A stretch of DNA of 64,000 nucleotides from Takakia lepidozioides (lineage: Eukaryota > Plantae > Bryophyta), in NCBI GenBank assembly GCA_030704615.1, contig CM060733.1:62000001-62064000 (forward strand), in the 5' to 3' direction. The position numbers were made by a program, and so were the translations under genes. Under the pieces are notes generated by a model. It saw nothing but the letters and a program-made list of their open reading frames with translations. It made no database searches and was not told the origin of the DNA. Shown in pieces: positions 1-12,440 of this stretch (positions within the stretch are counted from its first letter, which is position 1; the number at the start of each line of letters is the position of its first letter).

Positions 1-1250
1 CTCGAGACCCAGCTCTAGTGCGTTCTATGTGCCACACTTCGTCGGAGCAGGTGGACTCCACCACAGGCGAGAGCACACTGGACTCATTGACAGTGGGAGA
101 TGTTGGCGTACTTTGTGAGAAACGTTGCTCCGCACTGGATATTCCAGAGACAAACCTCTCATGCAATGGAACATGCGGAATGGAGAAGTTGTCCCTATGC
201 GAGTCTGCATCCGACCCAGGAAGGGTGTTCAATTTCCGTTTACAGGACCCGAATCTCTCTTCGCCCTCCAAATGGGGAACTCTGGACACCAGAGGATTTT
301 CCTCCGCACACATGCTGACAACTCTGGCAATCTTGTTTGGATCCCCCGATCTTTTTGCAGCTCGCAACATCAACTCAGACTTGTCAGGGCCTTTGCCACC
401 AACGCCACCCCTTAAGAAATCGCGATATCTCGTTTGTTGCTGCAGAGCTCGGATGAGATCATTTGCCGTCGCCAGATACAAATCCCGCCCCCGCTTTCCA
501 GACTACTGCAACCATGCATTGTGCACTGTCTCTGCTAGATTGCAAGAGGGCATGTCCGCCATCTCCTCAATTGACAAGTGCTGCAGAAAGGAAAAACACA
601 CATAAGAACAAACAGGTACACCCCACGACAGCAGACATGATTGGAAATGCATACAAAGCCAATGAGAATTCATGATCTGAAATTCAGGTACTGTTGTCAT
701 GCATGCTCCCCATTGTCTATACCGGAAGTGTCAAAATGCTAGCCAGTCTTCCAGCGCTCTCATACTGTCTTCTGATACAGCCCCAGATGAGAACCACCAG
801 GCACGAATTGACTGGAACAAAGTATTCGTCTCCACCATGCTTTTGGAATCTTTGTACTGTTTGCATGGCTTAAGATTAATCGGCCGCATGTCCGGTTTGA
901 TGTCTGCCTTGGTATGTTTCTCAAGGGACTGCGTCCAATGGAAAAGACATGTTCGCTCTCTTCTTGGCATTGGCACTTTTGGATCTCCTGAACCTTGTTT
1001 GCAGAACTTGCAAACGATAGTGTTGGAGCTTGGAGGTGCTTCACCGGGTTTGAATAGATTTTCGGCGACACCCTCCCACTCGCACTGGTTGTGAACCTTC
1101 AACTACTGGAAATGCCTACAATTCAAATTCTCTTCATGGGGAACATAATATACCTGGATAATCATGCATTGTCCAAAGCAATACGCCTCTCATATGAAAA
1201 GATTGTCCGGCCATAGGGTCAAGTGAAGCATCCAATGCCGAGACCCCCCT
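1..1250 (-). mobile_element. Degenerate Mutator/MULE-like DDE transposase, running off the left edge
   Basis: Minus-strand peptides RERTCLFHWTQSLEKHT (CxxH motif), IRAWWFSSGA..LEDWLAF*HFRYRQWG, PSCNLAETVHNAWLQ*SGKRG and PHLEGEERFGSCKRK, with stops and frameshifts. Family assignment is from motif recall. Confidence 0.6.
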
Positions 1251-1679
1251 CCATAGCTCCTTAAGTTCATCAACTAGAGGTCGCAAGTACGTGTCCATGT
1301 TTGCCACTTGTTTTTTCCCTATGAGACATTCACATCATTATTTCAATGCTCCACCAATATGCAAATTATACTACATAATGAATTACACGTCTTACTCCAT
1401 GATTATGTCACTCATCAATCTTGCATCCGAATTGCGCCAGAGATCATAAGATTAATGGAATCCATATCATGTTGGCTGCCATTGTACCAGGTGAGTGTTC
1501 TCATTTCATGCTTATTATTCCCTTGGACTCAACAAATACGTACTTTAGGTGTACTAGTACAGGAGAAATATGCATTGTATAGGTTTAGATATACACGAAG
1601 TATATGCTGACCCAAGGTCAACTAGGGTTAGTTAGGGGACATGAGACATGACTCATGTTTTTCATCCAAGTCCCTGGAT

Positions 1680-2220
1680 GGGAATCTTATCCAGATCTTA
1701 AGCCCGGGCTATAGAATCTGCCCGGGCGAGAGAATCTTTATAAGAATATTTGAGTATTTTGGCCTGGGCTAGAGAATATTCTAACAAATTTTAGAATCTT
1801 ATGCCCGGGGTAGAGAATCTTGTCCCAGGCTTTTGGAATATTTACTTAGTATGGCCTTTTTGGGATTCCGTACCCGCTGTCAGGTCCGGGTCGCCTTAAG
1901 CCACACAAATTTCAGAGGCCAAGTAATACAGTAGAACTGCCCGGGGAGTTGAATGCTCTGACACCCCCGTCAGTCATGTGTGGCAGTTCATGTAGTGATG
2001 TAGTTCACCGCGGTGGGACGAGCGACCGCGGAGGGGGACTGGCCCCGGCGAGGGCCGGGTGGGCCGGGGCGGAGGGCGCGGGGTGTCAGAGCATTCAACT
2101 CCCCGGGCACTTCTAATACGTGGCATTTCAGAGGCGTTCGGAGGTGAGGCGCCAGTCTCGGGGGCGGCTGCGGGTGGGCGGGGCGGCGGGCCGTCCACGT
2201 AGGCGTGCCCGGGCGCATTC
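1680..2220. repeat. Likely transposon terminal region: GCCCGGG/AGAATCT short repeats plus a perfect 30-bp inverted repeat around a GC-rich spacer
   Basis: tgcccggggagttgaatgctctgacacccc (1938-1967) is the reverse complement of 2080-2109. agaatct and gcccggg motifs recur at 1680-1830. Confidence 0.6.
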
Positions 2221-3670
2221 AGAAAAAAGACCAGCAAAGACTAGGTTTTGGAATCTTGTGCGGCATCGTTGGTTGGCAGCAGCCTACGCAGTGAGAGAGA
2301 TGAGAGAGACTAAAATCTGTGGTGGAGTATCACAACCTCTGGTGGGCTCTGTCACAGTCAGTACTGTCAGAGTTGTCAGTGTTGGTTTTTTCTTTTCTCT
2401 CTCTCTCTTTCTCTCTCTCATGCCCTAGATGCGACGAGTTTCTACTGTTTCTCCAGTGGTTGCTCGTTCTGGGCAGAGACCTTCAGCTATTAGCAGCGTA
2501 CCTGGAATTTCTCTCTGAACGCCGGTTTTTGTCAAGTTTTGGTTGTCCCTTGCGTTTCGTAATAACTTTCTTGTCTTTCTTCTTGTTCTATTAGTCTCCA
2601 CCCCCGAAGTGGGTCTTCTGTTACGCCGGCCTCGGCCGGAGTCATCTCTCTCTCCACCCCCTCTATCTCCCTTATCCACACATACCTTCCTTTGTTTTTT
2701 TCGTCGAAGGGAAGTTGCAGGACACGATGACAACCACAATTTGGCGACGACCTCTGAATTTTCTGTTTCTTTGAAACAGGGACAAGGATGTCGTATTGTG
2801 CAGGCTATTTCATCAATTAATCTCCAGGGGACTCTTCTAAAACATCATGGTGCAGTTTGAGCAAATGGGAGGCTTAAGAATTCCTATAGATCGTGGCCAG
2901 TGCCCTTGGCATAAGAGTAACTATATTTTTTGCTGAGCAGTATATCCACTTCGAGTGTTGCAGCTGAGTAGGCTTTCCATCACCCTCAACACACACACGA
3001 AAATTTAAGCATTGTTGGCCATCCTCTCTGAAGTGAGGTGGGTAGGAGGGGTGGTTGCGGGGTTGAACATGCCCTGGGGCAGCGGTTCAACTCCAAATAA
3101 CTCTTTGAAGGAGCTACAAGGGATACGATTGTTGCACAGTGTGCATGCAGACGATGATGGTTATTCCGAGAATGGAAGACTTGTCTTAAAGTGAGTGAAG
3201 CTTATTATCTTATTTACTTTTCTAGTGACATGTTGGTGTTTCTGGGATCTCTTTCCTTAGCTTGGTTCGGATGACGTAGTGAGTTGTAGACTCCAGGAAG
3301 ATGAGCTCTTTCAGGGACTGGATTTGTGCTAGAAGGGTTTGTACAATGTACAGTGTTAAGGCTGAGGGTTAATGGGCCTGGGTGGGAGTCGAACTTTAAA
3401 GCATGGCCTCGAATTTGGGTGTCTGGCTGTGCTTCTATTGGCATTGTGCAACTGTTTCAGGCTTGAAGTACCATTGCTGTTTAGATCGGAAGCAATGTCC
3501 AGTTGTGCAGAGCCAATAGTTCGCAGGGTTGTGAAGAGGATAAGTTCCTAGGCTCATTTCTGCACTGTTTACGTAGTGTAGGATCAGATGTGAGCTGATC
3601 TGAATTGTAAGTTCGAAGTGGGTCTGGTACTGGCTTCACCACCTAAACCCCATGTAGGAACACTCTTTAG

Positions 3671-6600
3671 TCTTGTTGCTGTAAATCCTGCGATCTCAGT
3701 GGCACAGGTGGCAATTTCAGGGGTGACCAATTTGAGGGAAGCCAAACTCTTGAAGTGAGGCGGGAACGACATATCTTGAAGTCATTGTGGGATCAAAGGC
3801 CAACATGGCTTCGAACTGTCTACAGTGGCAATGATGGTCAGTTTGCAGAATACTCATGAAGGGTGGCCTAACTGTACCTATTTTTAACAGAAGGGATAGT
3901 CATAGCATGATGCTGATGACACTCCTTTCAGGGCCATGCACATACCTACATGCCCAAGGCATGCGAGATATCTCCAGTGATGTGCCCTCTACTGATTGGA
4001 TTACTGTCATTATTCTCTGTGCGCCCCATTGATAGCCCGGGCTTGAGAGCTTAGAGTAGACCTCCTCAAGAGGCTCAAAGTAAAAGAGGTGAAAGTGTTC
4101 TTAGAAAGCTTCTTGTCAGTAGCCACCTGATTCCTGCTTTTCTTACTTTCGGACTTGTATCGATTGGTATACACATGGTATATGTTACTAGGGGATCACA
4201 ATTTGCTGGAGACTCTGGCCAATGTCGCAACATCCTTACCCTTCGTTATCATCGGCCTTCAAACTCCAAGGTAGCCTTGGTCTTTCTCTGATCGGTATTC
4301 TTAGTGGGGTCCAGTGGTTGTCCACCAAATTCTTAACATTGCAGCTGTGTAGTTTTATCTGCAAAGGCCTAGATGAGTTGGTCATTATAGATAACCCATT
4401 CTCAGCAGTATTGTGTGAATCAGCTTGGATGCTAATTGTTGGGGGGCATGCATGCATGGGCTTGTCAGCAGAAATCTTCCTGCAGTAAAGGGGTTTTGTT
4501 TTGTGGCAAACTATATAGCTGGCTTGTTGGGTCATTTGGAGATGGAAAATATGCTTCATCGCTGAAGGTGCCCTTTTGTTTTCTTTTCCTTCATGTAGGA
4601 AGAAGCTGGCTACCAGGCTGTATGCAGATTCACTTGTGGGAGTGGGGGTGGCTTCAACATTGTACCATACATCCCGGGGTGGTGTGCGAAAGTATTTTAG
4701 ATGGGCTGACTATGCCATGATAGCAACCTCAACCTTGGTATAACCATCTTTATGATTACTATCAAATCTCTGAATGTATATCAGTATGCCTGAAGTTTAT
4801 GGGAGAGACTATGGTCCTCATTTTGTGGAAAAATGTAACCGTTCCATGTTAACTACTGTGATATGAGGGTAGCTCATCGTGGGTGTGCGTGCTCCTGGAG
4901 CAACCAGAGATTTTTGTAGCGTAGTTGACAATTTGGTTACTTCTGAAATATTCCATCCCATACATCATGGTAAAAAAATGAGTTCCCACTGCTCGGCTAG
5001 CCCTCTAGCTTGCAATATGACAAGTGCTGGCTAGAGGTTCAATGATACATAGATAGAGAAAATCTACTCGTGGACTGTTTCTTGCTAACATTTTCTATGC
5101 TATATCCTTCTGGGGACAGTCTCTGTGTGTGTAAGTCCTGTGGGAGCTGGATTTGGGCTTTGAACCCACCAGGGGTATGGAAACTCTTCGCCAAATTTGT
5201 GTAGTGCTCAATCACAGCCAGAACAGACCTGCTGACACAGAATTGAGTTTTGATGTACGGCCTGTTATTGACTTGATTCTAGCACTCCTGCTCTAGCCCT
5301 TATTTTGCCATACACATGGCATGGCCGGTCAATGTGTCTCGAAAAGTGAAGAGATTGTACTCATAAGACGTTGTTTGCCGTAGCCTTGTGGCCATTGACC
5401 CCGCGCCCAGTTTGAGCGGGAACAAAAGGGACAGAACCTACCTCTGTCAGGGGCTGACGTTGGTAGTAAGACTTGCCTCCATATAAAGAAATAATCCGGG
5501 TTTTCCAGATATCCTCTAGAAATCCCTTCACACAAGCATCAATCTGCTGTGTGTGATTTGCCCAAAAACTAGGCCTCAGGAGGGCCTGGGCTTTTGGCTC
5601 AGCCTCGAGACTTTCAAAGTTGGTAAACAGGGGTACAGGCACAATTCCCTTAATAGATTTGAAGAGAGCGTCTCTTTGGTGAGAGAACCCCGGACAGTGT
5701 ATCAGAAAATGAATACTGTCTTCAGATTGCCCACACAACGGGCAATTGCACTCTCCCTTTCCTCTCTGCTTCTGTTTGCTGTTCAAAGGTAGGCTTCCTG
5801 CCCCGAGTTTAAATTTCATCGAAAAGTGAAGAGAGAAAGACGTGTAGTTTTGACAATTCCCTGTGAAGTGTGAGGCACCTTTGAGGTCCGAGTCCCTGGG
5901 ATACCAACTCAGTCAGAGCCAGTTGTTGGGTTTCAAACCAATAGGGTAATATATGAGACTACTCATCCAACAGATGTCCCAGTGGCTACAGCACAAGGTC
6001 TTGTTCAGAACCACATAGGTGTATGTCGTCACCCATTATAGCCAACCCAGTTGTAAAAGGGGGGTCATTGGGTCAACCGGTCACTAATGTGTTGGTTACT
6101 TTCAAGTCTTTGGGGGGAGGTTTGAGCAACCTTGTGGCTTTGGCTACGGCATTTGGAAGATGTCCCCTTCCCACCTTCCCCATGGAAGCCAGTAGCCTGT
6201 TTGGGGTGAAGTGACTTTGAGACTGCAGGAACGTACCATAGTGCTTGTTCAGAGCCAACAATAATCCAGTCACAGGCTTTGATTTAATTGCCATATGGAC
6301 TCCATGCTGGAAAGGACGAGGTGGATTCCAGCCCTGCTGCTAGAGCCCTCTAACTGCAAACAGATGTGATAATGTTGCTGTGTGAACTGCTGATGACATC
6401 GAGAGAAAGAGAGGGAGTGAGGCTTGACATTTTGGATGTCTCTGTGCCAGTGTTTGTCATCGGCTATAAAAACAGATAGGGAAAACCCCAGGGCATTACT
6501 GCTAGCATCAGCCATGATGATCCCTTTCCAACCTATGCTTGTCACTACGATCCATGGAGCGATGCTTGAGGTATACTGCCTGTCTCTCTCCCTTCCTCTT

Positions 6601-7105
6601 TGTGGATGGTATTACTTCCTTTCTTTCTTGGCAGCCTACCTGCACGAGGCATTCACCCTTAGACAATCACTCGAACAATAGTTCTTTTCTCTGACTCTGG
6701 TTTTCCTATTTTCTCTCATGTTCTTCCTTCCATTTGTCCCATAAGCTCTATGAGCTTTCCGCGGACGTTATAAAGCACCATTTCATTTCATTTCATTTCT
6801 TGCTTGGCACTAGTTTTCTTGGATTTCCTGTAGCAGGCTTAGAAACGCCTTTTACACTGAATTAGATATTTTACTGCAGTTTGTTGAGTGCTATGAGGGG
6901 TGTTGTTGGGCAGGCAACATTTGCCTGGAAGGTGCTTGAGGACCCACGATTACGAAGAGCCCATGCTCTGCATACTGTGTCCACTCTCGTAGGGGGTGCC
7001 TTGTTTGTGGCTGACGACATCTTCCCAAACACGCCCTATGTTCATGCAGCCTGGCATGTTGCAGCTGCTGTGGGAGTTGCAACACTGAGCTCACTATTAG
7101 AGTGA
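3671..7105 (+). CDS. Multi-exon CREST-superfamily (alkaline ceramidase/PAQR/Per1-like) membrane protein; 5' exons not resolved
   Basis: Phase-compatible GT-AG exons: ~3671-3836 (LWDQRPTWLR; start uncertain), 4192-4270 (GDHNLLETLANVATSLPF), 4599-4737 (GVGVASTLYH..RWADYAMI), 6451-6570 and 6914-7105 (..YVHAAWHVAAAVGV..LLE*). SxxxH, D and HxxxH metal-binding motifs are in order. A possible upstream exon lies at 3140-3190. Confidence 0.75.
5351..5818 (-). mobile_element. 5'-truncated LINE 3' end in an intron, with a 16-bp TSD
   Basis: C-terminal [17 protein letters not shown] knuckle and family tail cttatgagtacaatctct. TSD tcgaaaagtgaagaga at 5339-5354 and 5819-5834. Confidence 0.9.
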
Positions 7106-9769
7106 ACGAATGCTCCACAAATCAATCAGGCCATATCTTCTCACAGTTGCATCACTGCCTATTAAGCTGGACTGTTTATCCTTCTCCGAAGTTGACCTTC
7201 TCTGCCCATATGAGCAGAGTGTGTTAGTTGCACTTGCGTTGATACTGCTGTAAAACGTTTGGTGACATGCTAGCAGCTTGAGAACTCCATTCTTTGGATC
7301 TCTGTATTGACAAAAACGAATATGGAGTCCTTCATCCATATGGTTGCTACAAAACTTCTTGAGCATGTTCTGCTATGTTGAGGGTGCAGGACAAGTAGTG
7401 TTGCCACTTGGGGGTTTCTCTTGTGATTTACACAATAGACTATTGGCAAAGGTACTAATAATTAGTAGTTTGATGAGGTCTTCCAGTCTAAGGACAGAAA
7501 TCAGGCGCTCAGACCTCCTGAGCTGAGGCTTGCTTGCAAAACATCCATTGCATTGAGATATCCATATGGAAAAGCTTCCATGGAAGCATTACCAGATCTA
7601 GTAATGACGTGTCTTCAAAGTAACACGGTTGTAGCTGTGGCATTAGTTGTGGCAGCAAGTACTGGACTTTCTGTCAGCTTCCTGTAGTGAAGAAGGGAGT
7701 TCGATTGTTACTTTGTACAGCAGCAATGAGCAATAAACCTTCTCGCAGAGGATTTGGTTACAAATTTTGGAAGGTGCAAGTAGGAAGCAGTGGAATTCTA
7801 AGCGCAAAAGGGATGAATTGTCCAAAACACCAAACACTTTCAGTAGTTGACACTGAACATCTCTGCAGTGAATAAGACATCCCTTTCCTTGCCACAAGAG
7901 CTGGAGCTGAATGCACCATCTATCTTACAAGACTATCTTTATCCCTCAATCCTCCCTCAAGAGATACCTCTTCTGATCTAAACCAAGAAAAACTATGCCC
8001 AACCCCTGGTTTCATTTGGGTTGGCACTTCCTGGCTTTCTCAAGTTTCTAGCTGCCCAAAACTCCCTCCCAGTAAAAATGTAAAAGCTAGTGTTGGGATG
8101 AGCAGGATGTAAAATGTTTGAGTAGAACCTTGGTCTATTCTCACTGACAAGTTCAGCATAGTGGTCACTTACTGACATGCAGGAATCTGCATTAAGCTCC
8201 ATACGGGCACTGCCCATTCTTTTGATAATGAAAACAAACAATCTGCTTCATAGGAAGTATGCCAGCCAGATTTTGAAGCCTCTTCCACAAGTCCAGTTTA
8301 GCCTCAGTCCAGCGCTGCTGCACCTTCCTGTGCTCGTCTTCAGTCACCCAAATCTTCAGGTGGAGGTGAGGAGGTTGTGGTACATTCCATGATTCAGAGT
8401 CATTGATGTGTATGGGATTGCCTCCTCTCTGTGAGCATACATCAACATGCACATGTTCGTTATGCATGTCCGGTACCAACAGGTAATATGCCGGTAGAGG
8501 TGTAGCTGCAACAGTGATGAAATGAGTGGCAAAATGCTGTCACTGATGCAATCAAAGCTCTTCAATTGAGCTGCAATAGGGCAATACTTGTTGCTAGTCA
8601 TAGGGTCGTATGTAAATTGAACACTATGCAGCAATTGTTCCTATGTGTCCATCATTAACAGTGATATGTGGCTGGCGTAATGTTATAAGTGTTTTCGCTA
8701 CCGCTGTGGCCTTCTGGCCAGGGGTTTCCATGTGCTGGGGGAGAAAATCCACTACTAATCATCAATGTGGAGGCTCCCCTTAGGGAAAAAGGTCAGTGTT
8801 CTACTGACTAATGGCTTTGGACCCAGCCCAGGCAACTGTCCTCATCATCATCTACATTGGAAACATCAAGCAATCTTTCAATTCATCTTGGGAGTGTCGT
8901 ATGCTCTGTTCATGGAGTTGATTCTGTAATCATATGTCAGAGCCCTCACAGCGTCCACATAGAGAAAATCTCTTCATCCTCCAACTCTGATAATCTCTCC
9001 AAATGTCTCACAGAGGTAATGATGAATCCAGGCCTGGATTTTGCATCAAGTGAGCATTGCATGTGAAAATTGATCATTGAACGGGACAAGCACACACTCT
9101 CCTGCTGTGATTCCTGGTTGCTGCCCAGAATAGAGAGGGGCATCTCCATAGCAGGAGATGCATGAACCTGCAGCCAAGCTGGGATAACATGAACATCTGA
9201 AAGATACCCATTTGTATACAGAGGGTACACATGGGGTGCATACTTCCTACCATTGCAAGTATGCTGGCTTTTAAGAGAAAACTCTTGCCGCATGGCTGAA
9301 ATGACTGTGTTGACATGTCTGTAGTAAAAGGTTTTTGGCAGAACTTCGATCAACGATTCTCAAGTATGAACTGGTCGTCAGAATCTGCAATAACATACTG
9401 ATCAAATCCTCAAAAACGAAGCTGGAATTACTCGTCTGGGTGGGCGTCAGCCCCAATGCCAAACTTAGTCACATTAACATTGGGCCCACAATTCTCAAGA
9501 CCTCCAGCGTATGCGTAAATTCTTGAGCTTTCAAAGGAGTTGTTAGTATGGCAGCCATACCTGGAGCAACATTCTCTGGCCCTTCTTTCTCCATAGAAGA
9601 TTCCCACAGCGAAGGATCTAGCAGTTCCCGAATTTTCAAGTGGAATCCATCAACTTCCTGTTGGTGTACTTACTATTATCACACCCTCAGTAATGGGGTA
9701 GCTACAGGTCTCTTTAGTTTTAGATAAGCACACAAATTATGGTCACTGACCACAGCATGTTCCCCAGCA

Positions 9770-12440
9770 TGTTTATAGGATCTTAGTGTTTATCTCTTAT
9801 CCATCCAGGGACCGATTAGATTAGACGGCCATGTGTTTGTATTTACTTGAGTCAATCTATTCTACATGGTATCATAGCCTAGTCGAGCTGCAAGGGCAGT
9901 CTCGTGTTCATTTAGGAGCGACTCTTGAACATACGGTTGTTCGTAGGAGAGCGTCTTGCTTTCCGCGGACGTTATAAAGCACCATTTCATTTCATTTCTC
10001 ATACTTCGAGTCCTCAACCCTTTTTCGTAACTAACTCTGTTTCTTCATCTCTTCTTTATTTCATTGTTTGTTCATCTCTTCAGTCTCTTCTTTTCTAGCT
10101 AGTATAAAGCTATGGCTGGTCTTGAGAACTCTGTCATGTCAGATTCTAGCAAGCTTGGTAGCCCGGAAGAATTCAACGTATGGAACTTTCGCTTTCAGAG
10201 TATAATGGAAAAAGAGGATCTGTGGCACCTGTTTGAAGATGATCCTATTATGCCCGATGAAGATGAAGATGATAACTTTGAAGAAACTTTGAGACGACAG
10301 AAAAGAAGAGCCTTTTCCTTCCTGAAACTCTCAGTCAAACCAAGTGTTGTTCCTCATATTCAGGATTGTACTGACCCCAAAGAGTGCTATGACGTCTGAA
10401 GAGTATGAGTGAAGAACAATGCACGGAAATTGGTTGTCAAGAGCCGCTTCTCCTCTCTCAAGATGGAAGAGAACATGCCAGTTGCAGACTTCATGCGTGA
10501 ACTGCGTGAGATTGTCAACAACCTGCGAAGCTTTAGGGAAGTGGTCTCTGAGGAGACGATTGTAGAGCAGATCATCAATGCTTTACCTGCAAGCTACAAT
10601 GTAATGCGGCAGATAATTTCCAATGAGAAGGAGCTGCCATCTGTGGAAGAGATTACTGGACGACTTCTACTTGAAGAGTCCAGAAACAAGAATCAGAACC
10701 AGTCCTCCGATGTGGAAGCGCTAGTTGTTCGCTTCAGGAAACATCTCTACACACGTCAGCAAAACTTCAATGACAGACTCCCAAGAAAAGACATCTGTAA
10801 CCGGTGCGGCAAGGAGGGCCATTGGGCTAGGGAATGTCAGGCTGAGCTGCCCCTTAGCTACAACGACAAGTTCAGAAACAAGCAAGCCTTGACAATCTGC
10901 GAGGATGTCATTGATCCAGCTCCAAATGAATCATCTAACGCAGCTGAGATCTTTGAGAACGCGTTGCATCCTTGCACTGGAATCTAACGGAGAGGCAGAC
11001 TGGATCCTAGACTCTGGAGCTTCAGCTCACGTTACTGGAAACAAAAAGCTGCTAGATGAGGTGAAGAATTGTAGTCATGACATTAGAGTCACCTCCGCAG
11101 GAGGACAAGCTCATTCTGTGAAAGGCCATCTGAATCTCACATTCCCAGATGGTGAAATAAAACGCATATCTGACATGATCTATGTACCGACTCTGAAGAG
11201 AAACCTTCTCTCCATAGGCAGCATTACAGATCAGGGTGCCATTGCATTGTTTGATTCATCTAAATGTATACTTGTCTCGAAGGAGGATGGCGCAAGAGTT
11301 TTAGCTCAGGGAAAGAGAGACCTATCAACTGGCTTACTAGACTCGAAATCAGGTGGAAACATTTCACTCAATCTTGCAGAGAGAGATTTAACAAATGCCA
11401 AACTTTGGCATTACCGAATGGGTCATTTGAACTACCTAGGTCTTAGACATCTGAGTAGTAAAAATTTAGCCACAGGTATCCCTATATTACCACTCTTGGA
11501 GACCACTTGCGAGAGTTGTCAATACGGCAAGCAAAGCAGAGAAGCTTTTCCGAAAAGAGAGTGAAACAAGGGCATCTAGGCCGCTTCAACTGCTGCACTC
11601 TGATCTCTGTGGACCGCTGAACTTGCCGACAATGTCTGGTGCTAAGTATTTCATGACCACAATCGACGATTTTAGTCAATATTCTTGGTTATTCTTCCTC
11701 AAATTAACAAATCAGAGGCACTTTCAAAGTTTGCAGCGTTTCACAAGTTGATTGAGAAAAGAACCGGTCTCTCAGTAAATACTTTGAGCACGGACAGGGG
11801 TGGAGAATACATGACTCACGACTTTCTCAATTACTGCTCGAATCATGGCATTCACAGACAACTCACTCAGGCGAAATCTCCGCAGCAGAACGGCGTGGTT
11901 GAGCGCAAAAACAGGACTTTGATGGAGCGAGCAAGAAGCATAGCCCTGCAAGCTCATACACCAAAGTTTATGTGGGCTGAGACGTTGTCGACTGCCAACT
12001 AGCTTGTCAACCGGTCCCCCCGCCAACGCCAACTCAAGTGTCACCCCGTATGAAAAATTCACAGGTACAAAACCCGATCTTTCAAATTTAAGGGTATTTG
12101 GGTGCACAGTCTACGTCCATATTGCTAAGCAGGACCGTAGCAAGCTTGACACAAAGTCTTTGAAATGTGTGTTCTTGGGTTATGACGAGCATTCTAAGGC
12201 ATATCGCTGTTACTTTCCCGGCACCGAGAAGGTGATAATCACTAGAGATTTTGATGAATCATCTCTTGGCGGTACACCATCCACAGTTGCTATACCTGAG
12301 CCGGAATCACTCCCAATCAACTCTCTATCTCCAGAACCTACCGAATCTGTAAATTTGGTGCCACCTAATCCTACAGTCTGTCTTCCGTCATCATCTTCCG
12401 ACTCAGGGGAGGAAACTATATCTGAATACTGCTAGCAGCT
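9770..12440 (+). mobile_element. Truncated Ty1/copia LTR retrotransposon (gag, protease, integrase; no RT/RNase H)
   Basis: LTR end ..CA at 9866 then PBS tggtatcatagc at 9867-9878 (iMet-like, 1 mismatch). Gag from 10112 (NVWNFRFQSIMEKEDLW; CNRCGKEGHWAREC), PR WILDSGASAH, pre-integrase LWHYRMGHLN, INT HSDLCGP / TDRGGEY / QQNGVVERKNR, SH3-like RVFGC..FLGY. Contains stops and frameshifts; 5' LTR start is approximate. Confidence 0.9.

Noticed and set aside
18-605. 195-aa plus-strand ORF as a gene
   Set aside because: Antisense shadow of the minus-strand transposase remnant.
4486-4570. Alternative CREST exon (SKGVLFCGKLY..)
   Set aside because: The 4599-4737 exon gives the correct phase and conserved motifs; this segment does not.
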